From Balanoglossus misakiensis (lineage: Eukaryota; Animalia; Hemichordata): a stretch of 64,000 bases of DNA. The position numbers and the translations under genes are program-made. Positions 1 to 12,090 of the stretch are shown piece after piece. How positions within the stretch are numbered: position 1 is the stretch's first letter; each line of letters begins with the position of its first letter. The stretch is taken from contig CM082577.2 of the NCBI GenBank assembly GCA_040954595.2, positions 17,243,903 to 17,307,902 of the forward strand, given 5' to 3'. The notes beneath the pieces were generated by a model that did no database searches, was not told the origin of the DNA, and saw only the letters and a program-made list of their open reading frames with translations.

Positions 1-627
1 TTTGCTGTGTATACATTTTGTAGAACACTCCTTGCTAGATTTAATTGGGTATTTTATCCAAAATCTACTTTGAATGTGACTCAGTATTTTACTTTACAAT
101 GTACAATATGGTTGTCACAAACAGCGATATTTCGATGGTTTTATTCATTTTAACTTCCTCTGTCGCTCTCTAGACAGACTATCATTTGCATTACACGCAA
201 TTCCCTCTCTCAGCATACGCTGGTAATGTATGACATTTAATATTTGAAAACTCTGAAATTTGGAAGGAAAATAAATGATAACCAAACTCCGTTGATGAGC
301 ATATAAATATGTTCTTGTGGTAATTAATTGTGGTGTTGGGGCAAAAAGAATATGTGTGTGTTTTGCGACAAAATTATTACATACGCTATCAAATATTGCG
401 ACCTTTGTGTACGGGAGACTTAATCTTGGTCGAAAGGAGATCAAACTCTAGTGTCAGGAACGCACAGAATAGCTGTCACGGGAAATGCGGAATTCTATAA
501 GTAGCAACAGGCAGACGATTTCATCTTAATTACCAAGCGCTGCTTAATTGAAAAATATGCCCCACTCACATCATATCAGCAAAAGTATCAATTTACACAA
601 TATAAGACATGATGGAAAAACACTTAC

Positions 628-819
628 CGTGGCCTTGTAAACAAAAACCCCAACATTTTCTACGGCCACCTGCCCCGTGTATCGATAGACGTAAACAGTG
701 TCTGGTTTAATTGAAATCAGTCTGGCCGGGTCGTATACTGAAGCAGAATGCACTATTAAGCCGATTGTCGACACGAAAAGAAGCAAAGTGACGCTTCGCA
801 CAGGAACGCACATCCACAT
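628..819 (-). CDS. First coding exon of a secreted protein, probably vitellogenin_N/large lipid transfer protein (LLTP)-like; the gene continues beyond the left edge of the window
   Basis: ATG at 819. Hydrophobic signal peptide MWMCVPVRSVTLLLFVSTIGLIVHSA, then KPDTVYVYRYTGQV, resembling the Y-x-Y-x-Y first strand of LLTP proteins. Strong phase-0 donor ACG|GTAAGT after 64 codons. Family call is from motif recall only. Confidence 0.6.
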
Positions 820-1615
820 TTTGGATGCACTCTGTCGATCGCCTTTCCCACTGGATCTCGATGACTTGTAGGTGTCTGGTTTTATAGTGACAGCTGGATA
901 TCATATGTCGTCGGCGATCAATACAATGGTGGCGGTACCAGGGTCGACGTCAAAGTTCGATGTTCTTTAACTATTTACATTTCCTTTTGGTTGATCCATC
1001 TCTATCAACAACGATTACTGATAACCTGAGCAACTCAGTTACACTAGTATGTAACTATAGTCTAATTAAATATTTTCCTATGGACAAAATAACGAACATT
1101 GATAATAATATCTTGCATCAATTAAGCTGTATAAAATCGGACAATTGTGGACTTCTTTAAGTAGCCTTCTTACCAAACTATTGAACAATGCGACTTCTTT
1201 CCTTATTTCCTTTTTCTTGCTTGGCATAAGGAAATACAAGCGCAAATATTGATCAGATGTTTTGATAGAAGAACCACAGTGTTGATAAATTGTGTTGATA
1301 ATCCCCACGCCCATTGTTGTATCTGGGTGAAGCCGACAACAGGGCGAGCTATAAAAGATGCATATCTCCCGGAAGGTTTCATTGGCGTTTGGTCGGTGAA
1401 TGAGCACCATTGTCAGTTGCTGAGGTAAGTTTCTGCTACCAGCATGTCATGACAATTGTCACATGTCACATAAATTCTTGTGGTTTTTTGAAAGTCGCAC
1501 CATAGCTTCCACGTTTGTGCGTTATTATCACTGCTTTACTTTCAAACGTACATTATAGATTGATCCGTTTAATGAGGCTTGCTGATTCGTACGGACAAAG
1601 ATTTCTTTACACTTA

Positions 1616-2536
1616 GGGACCGTTCAGTTTTTACGGCCGGGGGGGGGGTCGGCAAAATCCAGGGGGGGGGGTCACTTAAATTTTGAAGTCCAAAAGGGGG
1701 GGTCATCTGTTTTTTTAAACGTTTAGGGGGTGGTCACATACTTTTGCCACCGAACGTTTGCTTTTGAGTCCACAAAATTGCAGTTTCGCGCCCTTTATTC
1801 TACAAAATTTTCAACCCTTCATTCTCCGCCACATTTCGATTTTTGCTGGTTTGTCTAGTGTACCAGGGTTGAGTGCTTGCCACCCCAACCCCACTGATGA
1901 TAATATTATACAAAGTAAATACATAAAGGAGAATAATCGTTTAAACCATTTCGCATAACTGATAGTTTCGCGCTGCATCTTCTATATGCTGGAAGTTTTA
2001 TAAATGATGTCATGACGAAGATGACGCCAAATCTTCTAACTTTGAGTGGAATGGCAAAAAGTAAAATTGGTCCTCCCAAACATTGAGATGAATTTGCTTT
2101 TGAGTTCATAAAAATGCAACTTTGAGCTACATATTTTACAAAATTTTCTTATGTGGGAGGGGGACACCCACGCCCACCCCCGCCACTTTTCTTGTTTTAC
2201 CAATTCTAGCAACTATAGTATTGACTTGTCATTTTATTTTTTTCATACATTTCTTTTTTGCAACAATATTATTATATAATTCAATTACTTTAAGAAATTT
2301 ATAATTGAGGTGTGAGGAGCCTCATTCCCTTTATTGCATACAGTGTACATAGGATCAGGACAGCGAATGTTTTCAGCGTGGGGGGGGGGGGGTCATCATA
2401 TTTTTGGGTCTGTCAAAGGGGGGGGGGTCATCATTTTTTGGTGCTGGGTGAAGGGGGGGGGTCGGCCTGATTTTGAAAACCGATGACACAAACTTGCCAA
2501 CCCCCCCCCCCCCAGCCGTAAAAACTGAACGGTCCC
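1616..2536. mobile_element. PIF/Harbinger-type MITE, family A, copy 1
   Basis: TIR GGGACCGTTCAGTTTTTACGGC followed by a G-run at both ends. TTA target duplication on both sides. Close second copy at 46688-47635. Confidence 0.85.
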
Positions 2537-2639
2537 TTAATTGCGGCTGTGCGTTTGACCAAGTTCTTGGGATTGTCAATATACAAGTCATCTTACGCAC
2601 AGTAGGAGGTAATAATGACCATACTTCAAACAATGGGTG

Positions 2640-2726
2640 TGTGAGTGAGTGAGTGAGTGACTGAGTGAGTGAGTGAGTGAGTGAGTGAGTGAGTGAGTGA
2701 GTGAGTGAGTGAGTGAGTGAGTGAGT
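2640..2726. repeat. (GAGT)n microsatellite
   Basis: About 21 tetranucleotide units read directly. Confidence 0.95.
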
Positions 2727-4033
2727 AGAGTTCTGGGTAAACACAAGTAAATCGCGTAGAAGCCTGTAGAAATGTATTCTCTGGGAGTAGTAGAATTTCA
2801 AGTTTCTTCACTCATATCAGGTTGGGACAATGTACTGTAATTGAGTTCATATAACGTTAGGTATTCGTCCAAGCCTAGGATTGTCACTCCTGTCTTAATT
2901 AATCATAACGGCCCTCATATGGGATTGCTGACCGAGGTTGTGCGACGCACAGACAAAGAGAAAAAACAGACTAGCAACGCGGCATGTCCCTTTGATGTCT
3001 TGTTCACCTCAGCAAACAACGGCAAACAATAGGCTTCAAATGTGTTAGACACCGCGGAGATTTCCCAGAATAATTTGCGGTTGCGTCATTATTGGCAGCT
3101 GCAGTACCTTGCCTGACGCAGCTTTGCACTCAGGACTCGACTGAAACACTACTTCACGACGAACACAATTTACACGTTAGAAGTCGAGTTTCCACTTACA
3201 ACCCATGCAGGTTTACAGAACACGATTCGGCGAACAGGAATCTATTCCAAAAAATCGAGATTGATGATTAAACCTTTTCAAATTTACGATCGAACACACT
3301 TATTACATATTCATAAGTTTTTATTAAAATGGTAAAACTCATCGCTCCGATGCTCAAACTTCCTCCAATTTTCACTGTCCACTCGCCTTCCGTCCACAGG
3401 TGACTGACAACGACAACACGAACTTTCACGAAAACACTTTCGTTTTATTATCGGGAAAATGCCGGACATTGCCGAAGTGGATACGTTCGGAAATCTTCGG
3501 AGACAAGCTGCACCTTGAAGGCAAGCCCAGACAGGCACAGGGGGATTAGGAGATGTACATCACTCCTTTTGACAATGGCGTTGCTAGTCTGTTTCTCTTT
3601 GTCTGTGTGCGACGGAAGGGGGAGGGGCGAACGCCGGGTAAACCGAGGTCCTGAAACCCCGTATCAGGGCCGTAAAGGTTTTATCATATACCTTATGATT
3701 GCTAAAAATTCCATTCAAATGAGATGATTTTTTGCCATATTAGACAGAAATAAAGCGTTACATCGTAAAACCAATGACATCTGATCATCAACAGCAAAAA
3801 GCCAAAGCCCAATCACTGAGCGTATTGATATTCCTAATGTCTTTACATCCATTCAACTATATGTACGTTCATTTTTGATCATTCACAAAATTAAAAAAAT
3901 AGGAACATCAATAGTTGAAAATTCATTTCCTCAAAATATTATAACTATGGAAGACCGGTCACGACATGCGAAATGCCACCTGCGACTTCCAAACTGCGAC
4001 CTGCGGCCTGCGACTTCCTCACACTCTGTCAAG

Positions 4034-4133
4034 ATGGCGACTGCAATGCGGATGTTGGCGAGTACTTTTATCGAGGCTATATTGTCGACGAAATGGCTGT
4101 TGTTTTAGGACTTCATCGTGGTGTTTGGTTCAG
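4034..4133 (+). pseudogene. Frameshifted first exon of a putative IS3EU-type transposase
   Basis: AAGATGGC start context. After a 1-nt shift it reads DCNADVGEYFYRGYIVDEMAVVLGLHRGVWF and ends at donor AG|GTAAGG. Resembles the YFxxGYxxxEIxxxLxxxHG N-terminus of invertebrate integrase-core transposases. Confidence 0.45.
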
Positions 4134-4425
4134 GTAAGGTCGTCTATCCGACAGTCGCATTAGGGTTGATTTTACACGGCTATCGCCTATGACACAGTGA
4201 TCGCTGTGTACAAACAACTCGCAAGCGACTGTGGTCTATCCGTAAGCAAAGGTCGCACCGTAGTTTAGCAGCGCTTAATTTATTAATTGGTCATTTAAAG
4301 GGTTCGGTCACAGCGAATTACGTTCCTGGCGGGGAGGTCGTGTCATACCTTGTCTCTCTCTTATTATATTATAAGCGCTGCCAAACTACAGTGCGACCTG
4401 CGCCTCAGGTCGAGCGTCCTGTCCC

Positions 4426-5703
4426 TTATCATATGCTCTTGCTGATATCACCTCCTTCTAGTGACGTTGAACGTGAATATCACCACGTTTAGTGTGAAAT
4501 ATCACCCGGTGATATTTCACACTAAACGTCATCATTTCTTGCGCTGATACCCGGAACTATGTTTATGAAAATCGCGACCTTAAATGTAAACAAACATAAC
4601 CCGATACAGGGCCCCGGTTTCATGAGATTTGATATTCTGGTAGTCAACATCGAAAGTCATGGGGTTCTGATGGCCTCGGACATTTTTTATAAATAAAAGA
4701 TTTATCTTGTGTGATTGATTTAGAAAAACACACGATTGTCAGTTACACCTGTAAAAAATACCGCCTCGCTCAGACAGCAGGAAGAGATGTCAAACATCCT
4801 CGCCCAATCTTCATCCAAACACGTCGAAAATCGGGCAATTGCACATGTGAAATCTGGTTCGACCAGTTCAAGTACGTGTCAGATGGAAACGGCGACAAGG
4901 GTTGGTATATTTAGCGACGCAGTGATATATGGCGGCTCGTTCAATATCTGTACGTTTCCAATGCGACGTCGACGGGATCATCCTCCATGACACAGCCCCC
5001 GCCACCGTACAAACGACGCCGTCGTGCAGTCAGATATGACTCTCCGTGCTCATCAGAAAATTCACAAAAAATGAGCAGACTTTGAGACTCTTGAACTTTG
5101 AAATAAAAGGCCTCTGGCTTTATTTGCAATTTAACTAATTTCATACCGATTTTGAATTTCATCGCAATGTTGATGACGTTCACTTGTTCGTTGTTGTTGT
5201 TGCGCCGATTCAAGTTCAATTTTCAGAATGTGTTGTTTTGCATGATGCAGAGCGGTCCTTGAACAATTTACTAGTCTAAAACATCTTTGACTTACCGATG
5301 TTGTCGTTTCCTACCGTTATTTTACATCTTAACAGTTATCCTCATACTTTTACATAACCGTACGCTACCGCTACACTTTAAAATGGCGGGTCACGTCAAC
5401 ATCATCATGAATGAAGCCGATTTACAATTTTATTAAAATATCAATGCGCTAGGCGGAATAAAATAATTCATAAAATTAAAATGCTCTTGTTTTATTTTTT
5501 CATTTTTCTTGTAAATTCCGAGGTTTGAGCATATGATAAATCGGTTATCGCCCCATATCACTTCTTGTTGGGCCATAATTGCCGCTCGTGTGGGTTGTGA
5601 GCTGCATCACACTCGTCTTCGACTCGTGTGATGCGGCTCACAACCCACACTCGCGGCAAATATGGCCCAACAAGAGGTGATATGGGGCGATAACCTCATA
5701 ATA
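4426..5703 (+). mobile_element. Crypton-like relic with the C-terminal fragment of a tyrosine-recombinase ORF and a terminal hairpin
   Basis: Short IR TTATCATATGCTC (4426) / GAGCATATGATAA (5527-5539). Internal hairpin 4485-4529 and ~150-bp hairpin 5543-5695. Peptide TASLRQQEEMSNIL...GIFSDAVIYGGSFNI...YKRRRRAV resembles the tail after the catalytic Tyr of Crypton/DUF3504 proteins. Confidence 0.5.
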
Positions 5704-6021
5704 TCGCCCCCGCCCCCAAAACATTTAGTGTGTGTGGAGCAGAGTAGTAAGGCCTAACCCATCAGGGAGTTTTAAAAAATGATTTGATAACATAACATAT
5801 TCCTGGAGTACTGGTTGCACTAGCAATTCTTAAAAGCACTCGCTCCTTCATCCATGGCCGGATAAATTTGACTTCATTTTGGACCATTATATTATTGTTC
5901 TAATAGGAATTGGACATATTTGCTCACTGTGTGCAATTAGTATGTCTTTGTATTCGGTGAAGGATGGGACCTACACCTATGGATAACATATGCGTAATAG
6001 GGCCCCTCGCAAAAGTTTACC

Positions 6022-7235
6022 CAATCTGATTAAAATCAGATGTAGGGAACGGCGACGTGGTTTTATTATGCTGTCGCCTCACACTACATCTGACCAACTC
6101 TCAATGGAGATCTCGCTGAACTCTCGCGTTCCGACCCGGCCAATCAGATTGCGTGTTATGCCGACTAAAGAATTGCACTGGGAGATGGGAGAAATGTTGT
6201 TGTTGACTTCGAGTATCGCACAGAATACGAAAGATTGGCTTTCTCTTGTGAACAATTACATGTAATTCCATGGTATCTTTCTTTGTTTGGCGTCATCGTA
6301 TGCGAGTGGTTTTCGCAGAACAGTGAAACGTCGAGCTGTAGCCATATACAAATGATGAACTGTCGTTGATCATTTATAAACTCTCCTAACAAGTCATGTT
6401 CGCCCTCGTAGTCATGCTGCCAGTCGGGAAAATGACGTACTTCATGTAAAAGTTTGTAAAAAATAAACCAAATTTCACTGCCATGTATCCCAAAACAATT
6501 TATGTGACAGATTTTTAAAAAGAACGCTAACTTCGGCTAAGGAATGTCAAGTCATAGCTCCGCGTTCAGGTCTGTGTGTTCCCGACGCACCACAGCCCTG
6601 CATAAGGCCCCATAGACAAAATTGGTGCGTCTGCGGTCCGGACCCGGACGCCCGACCGCAGCTTTTTTGTCGAAATTTGATTTTATCGAAGCAAAATCCT
6701 TTCCCTGTCTACTTCAACCGACCCCAAATATGATGCGATTAACTTCTTCTAACGTCCGTGTAACGCCGGGATCACACAGACCTGCACGCAGAGCTAGTCA
6801 AGTCAGTGCACTCTCGTGTATACAAACGATCGTGGCGACAGAATCTCTCCCTGGGACGGCCTTACACAAATGTAATCGATTCTCTAACAATTTTACTGCG
6901 ACTTGTTGCCACGTCTTATACATTTCGTTGACCGGTGGAATATAGAGGTTCAGTCGTCACGCTGAACTGGCTCGAAACCATTCCCCACGCTGATTCGACT
7001 CTCGCGCCCGGGATATATGTCTGTGGTAGCTCCATGGTAACAACCGAAAGGGGCCAGGTCATGTGATTGTGGGTTGCCTATCATTTGCTATAAGGCGCCT
7101 TCTGATTGGATTAGATTCCCAGTAATTCTCGTAGAGTTCAGCGAGATCTCCATTGAGAGTTGGTCAGATGTAGTGTGAGGCGACAGCATAAAAAAACCAC
7201 GTCGCCGTTCCCTACATCTGATTTTAATCAGATTG
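6022..7235. mobile_element. Mutator-like MITE, family D, copy 1
   Basis: TIRs of about 100 bp starting CAATCTGATTAAAATCAGATGTAGGGAACGG. Perfect 9-bp TSD AAGTTTACC (6013-6021 and 7236-7244). Confidence 0.9.
6555..6796. mobile_element. Mini-MITE (TAG..CTA ends) nested in family D copy 1
   Basis: TIR TAGCTCCGCGTTCAGGTCTGTG / CACAGACCTGCACGCAGAGCTA. 9-bp TSD GTCAAGTCA (6546-6554 and 6797-6805). Confidence 0.8.
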
Positions 7236-8154
7236 AAGTTTACCCTGCTCCATTAGCTGTAACTTTTTACGATGTTTTCAGTACTTTTGTTTTGTGTATC
7301 TACTGCAGTTCCTTGTTCAGATCCCCGAAGTATGATGAACATAGCCTATATGTATGTAGACAGCATTGTTATTGTGCAAAATTTGAATTCAAGTCCGGAC
7401 TAGAATTTATTTGTCAACAATAACAATGGCCATTACATACATACGGGTTATGTCGACAAATACAAGGAGATTACTGTGTATATTAGTATGCTGTTTGAAG
7501 TAGAACAAGAAATTGCATTTTGTACACAGAACAAAAATACTGGAAATGAAGCCAGAAGTTACAGCTAATGTCCCTTTAGGAATCAGTGCAAAGCAAAATG
7601 TGGAGATATATATATTATAAAACATATTTTACCCATGATGTATATTTGAACTGTCACATTGTAATTTCTACATATGTACATTTACTGTATGAAATTGCTC
7701 TGAAATATGAAGGCATTGTTTGATGTTGATATTTATTTTACCTTTACAGAGAGACTTATACGTGACATAATAACATACTTCAACCAGGTAGACTCGCTGC
7801 AAGAAGATGGGAGGTTATCAAGACTTTTAGTAGAGCTCCATGATCACTGAGATCCATGCACTCTGATAAGAACTCTGACCATCCGGCATCAGACTTTTAG
7901 CGGAATCTAGCTTTGCACTTTTGCACCAATCACATGCTTGAAAGTTTTTTTTCCATTTCCACCAGACATTGTCAGTTCATTTTGCTGGCAGCTTTGTAGT
8001 GTTTTGCCGTCAATGTTGAATAAAGTGGTTGAAAGTTAAATTACTGAGTCGGTCCTATTCCAGTCACAGAACCTTGCTCATAATTCCACCCTGTACATAT
8101 CAAAGAATCTTATCCACAGGGCCAGCTCTCCAACTACAAACATGGAGTGAAGTG

Positions 8155-8440
8155 TTCATATTTGTTTGTTTGATGTTATTGATTGATGTAATAAAAAATG
8201 TTTAGTTATTTATTTACAAATATTATCATGTTTGTTTGTTGACAGGTTAGGGTGAGGATATATTCAACAATCCTATATTATAATACATAGTACATATATA
8301 GGGAGTGAATGAACCCCAAACCCTAACATCAACTCTGACCTGTCAACAAACAAACAAATGTGACAATATTTGTAAACAAACAACAACATATTTTTTTTTC
8401 ATTTTATCAATCAATCAATCAATTACAACAAACAACCATA
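8155..8440. mobile_element. Old degenerate palindromic MITE-like element
   Basis: TTTGTTTGTTGACAGGT / ACCTGTCAACAAACAAA and the flanking blocks form an imperfect inverted repeat. Ends are approximate. Confidence 0.45.
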
Positions 8441-8598
8441 CACACTAAAAACAAGGAGGAAGAACTCCGTGTCTTATCGACAAGTATGCAATGAGTTGCC
8501 CTGACAATGTGATAGACCTATGATGGCCATAATTATCAATGATGCCATCTGACCAGTGAGGGCGCACTTGGTCTACCAAGTGTTTGCATGGTTTGCAT

Positions 8599-9815
8599 CA
8601 ATCTGATTAAAATCAGATGTAGGGAACGGCGACTTGGTTTTTTTATGTTGTCGCCTCACACTACATCTGACCAACTACAACTGGAGATCTCGCTGAACTC
8701 TCGCGTTCCGACCCGGCCAATCAGATTGCGTGTTATGCCGACTAAAGAATTGCACTGGGAGATGGGAGAAATGTTGTTGTTGACTTCGAGTATCGCACAG
8801 AATACGAAAGATTGGCTTTCTCTTGTGAACAATTACATGTAATCCCATGGTATCTTTCTTTGTTTGGCGTCATCGTATTCGAGTGGTTTTCGCAGAGCAG
8901 TGGAAACGTCGAGCTGTAGCCATATACAAATGATGAACTGTCGTTGATCATTTATAAACTCTCCTAACAAGTCATGTTCGCCCTCGTAGTCATGCTGCCA
9001 GTCGGGAAAATGACGTACTTCATGTAAAAGTTTACAAAAAATAAACCAAATTTCACTGCCATGTATCCCAAAACAATTTATGTGACAGATTTTTAAAAAA
9101 GAACGCTAACTTCGGCTAAGAAATGTCAAGTCATAGCTCCGCCTTCAGGTCTGTGTGTTCCCGACGCACCACAGCCCTGCATAAGGCCCCATAGACAAAA
9201 CTGGTGCGTCTGCGGTCCGGACCCGGACGCCCGACCGCAGCTTTTTCTGTCGAAATTCGATTTTATCGAAGCAAAATCCTTTCCCTGTCTACTTCAACCG
9301 ACCCCAAATATGATGCGATTAACTTCTTCTAACGTCCGTGTAACGCCGGGAACACACAGACCTGCACGCAGAGCTAGTCAAGTCAGTGCACTCTCGTGTA
9401 AACAAACGATCGCGGCGACAGAATCTCTCCCTGGGACGGCCTTACACAAATGTAATCGATTCTCTAACAATTTTACTGCGACTTGTTGCCACGTCTTATA
9501 CATTTCGTTGACCGGTGGAATATAGAGGTTCAGTCGTCACGCTGAACTGGCTCGAAACCATTCCCCACGCTGATTCGACTCTCGCGCCCGGGATTTATGT
9601 CTGTGGTAGCTCCATGGTAACAACCGCAAGGGGCTAGGTCATGTGATTGTGGGTTGCCTATCATTTGCTATAAGGCGCCTTCTGATTGGATTAGAATCCC
9701 AGTAATTCTCGCGGAGTTCAGCGAGATCTCCAGTTGTAGTTGGTCAGATGTAGTGTGAGGCGACAACATAAAAAAACCACGTCGCCGTTCCCTACATCTG
9801 ATTTTAATCAGATTG
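8599..9815. mobile_element. Mutator-like MITE, family D, copy 2
   Basis: Near-identical to 6022-7235. Perfect 9-bp TSD GGTTTGCAT (8590-8598 and 9816-9824). Carries the same nested mini-MITE at 9134-9376. Confidence 0.9.
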
Positions 9816-10740
9816 GGTTTGCATGTGATGACGAAGAAAATCAAACACACAATGCCAATCTAACAACAGTTCTGAACCAATCAGTCCATAACTTAAGGAA
9901 TACAGAGAAATAAGCACTTAGAAGACATTCCTAAAGCATACATTATTTCTGTGGTAACAATTATACAGAACGTACTGGTTATCAAAAACTACTTTGGTCA
10001 CTTGTTAGCACTCCAGGCTTGCTAGAGAAGAGCATTTCTATGTGTAGTTTTTAAAATATTGAAGATGTAAAGACAATGTAACAGATAGATTACTACCTTT
10101 AAATGGGTAAAATCACTAACCTTTGACACCATTCGGTCATTTTACTGTTGCTCACTATACTACTATATTTAATATGATTTTATTGTACACACCAAAAATT
10201 AGTCAACCATACAAATATCATCTTTCAAAAGTAAAGAAACAATGTATAAATATAGCTGCATAGTAGAAATAACCAGGTTTCAAGATTTCAATTTATGCCA
10301 CGAAGTGCTTTATCCTACAAAATACGGAGCTTGTAACTCACACAGCCACCTTTGTTATTTAATCTTTGGACCAAATCCGAAGCCACGGTGTGCAGGCCGC
10401 CTGTATGAACAAAGCGACCGTGTTGTAGCTTGAAGTCGCAGGCCGCAGGGTGTGTTTTTTCAAGTCGCAGGTCGCAGTTTTGAAGTCGCAGGTCGCATGT
10501 CGTGACCGGATTTCCATACGTTTTCTATGTAGCTACGATCAAACACAGAGCCGGGGGATGATCTCGCGCTGATGGGTTTACGAGTGGAACGTTCGCGGAT
10601 AGCAACGCGCGAAGCAACGAGAATAAAAATAGTCCATAAGTGCGTGCAAGTGACCTTGGGCCGGGGCTTGACACAACGTAAAAACAGCAGCCCGGTTGTG
10701 GGGGAGCTTCCCCTATAGAATTACACGAGCGCATACATTA

Positions 10741-11789
10741 GGGAGCATTCGTTTTTTACAGGGAGGGGGGGGGGGCGGTGGAATTTGAGTCGCCGACTAA
10801 ATGTAAAAGGCAACCCCCCCTGGAAATTACTTTTCTAAAATGTGACCCCCCCCCCCCCAAAAAAAAAAAAAAAAAAAAAAGTTTATCCACCGGATTAAAC
10901 TTATCAAACTTTGTCAGATATTGGTGTATGTTCGACATATCACATAATCAACCATGAAACCTAGTTCCTTGATTTCCAAGTAGTGCATTGTCTGCCTGAT
11001 CTTGTTACGTGAAAGAGTTCATTTTCAATGTCGCCGCTATCACTTTCTGAGTCACTTTCCGCTGAATCACCTAGTTCACCTATAACTACATGTTAATCTT
11101 CTGGTTCACTGTCCTCGTCCAAGTCATCCTCTTCATCCTCCTGCTCATCCTCCTCTTTGTCCCTCTCATGGTTTACTCTGAGACTTTCCAGAGTTGTTTG
11201 ACACAGTTTCCGGCCAATGTGCGCTTCAACTATTTTCAGTTTGTCTTTTTTCAGCATCTTTTTCTCTGTTGTCAATTTATGTCTGTTCATGTACATGTCT
11301 ACTGAACATTGTTTTTATTTTTTAAGTATTTGTATTCTGTGTTGGGAGACATTGTAAACCGAGAATTGAAGGGGGTGGGTTTGGGAGGGGGTGTCCCCCT
11401 CCCACGTAAGAACATTTTATAAAATACAGAGCTCAAAGCTGCATTTTAATGAACCCAGCAAAAGCAAATTAACGTCGCCGCTCAAAGTTATCATGGGGTG
11501 GGGGCACAAGGGGACACTAGATAAACCAGTCAATGATTGAAAGGTGTTGATGAATGGAGGGGGTGGGTGCACATTAGAAAATTTTGTAAAATAAAGGACG
11601 CGAAACTGCATTTTTGTGGACTCAAATTAAATATTTAGCCGTCAAAGTTTTCAAGTCCCCCCCTTTCAGTCCCTATATAATAATCCCTTGATTATAAAAT
11701 TTGTCCCCCCCTAAAAACTGCTTTGTAAAAGTAACCCCCCCCCTGATTTCCACCGCCTCCCCCCCTCCCTGTAAAAAACGAATGCTCCC
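10741..11789. mobile_element. PIF/Harbinger-type MITE, family B
   Basis: TIR GGGAGCATTCGTTTTTTACAGGGAGGGGG at both ends. TTA TSD. Confidence 0.85.
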
Positions 11790-11929
11790 TTATAACAATG
11801 GATCACATATTCCTGGTAAGCTCATGACTACACACACGAGTGCTACTGTTAGGAGGCTTTCTGTTTGATCTGCTGTCTGTCTGTCTGTCTGCATGTCTGT
11901 TCTGTCTGCATGTCTGACAGACCTGATTA

Positions 11930-12090
11930 GGGAGCCATCATTATTTACGGCCCGGGTAACTGAGGTGGGGTGGTCGGAGGAATTCACTGGAAACTTTGAG
12001 TACCCCTCCCAGCCAAGCATGCAGAATCTGAGCAACCCCCTTTCTAACACAGACATTTTGAATGACCCCCTGACCCTCAAATAATTATAT
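11930..12090. mobile_element. Truncated Harbinger-type MITE end
   Basis: TTA|GGGAGCCATCATTATTTACGGC resembles the family A and B TIRs. Partner end not found; right boundary approximate. Confidence 0.4.

Larger units (their letters stand above)
3946..10518 (+). mobile_element. Decayed IS3EU-like DNA transposon hosting several nested insertions
   Basis: Inverted termini TATGGAAGACCGGTCACGACATGCGA (3946) and TCGCATGTCGTGACCGGATTTCCATA (to 10518), with subterminal CTGCGAC repeats at both ends. TAY..RTA ends are the IS3EU signature. No matching TSD, so the two ends may come from different copies. Confidence 0.55.

Noticed and set aside
5990-6945. ORFs repeated at 8588-9525 as duplicated genes
   Set aside because: They lie within non-coding MITE copies and show no protein-like features or splice structure.
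11090-11305. Hydrophobic + strand ORF resembling a membrane peptide
   Set aside because: It is the antisense reading of an acidic GAR/GAY-rich tract inside a MITE.
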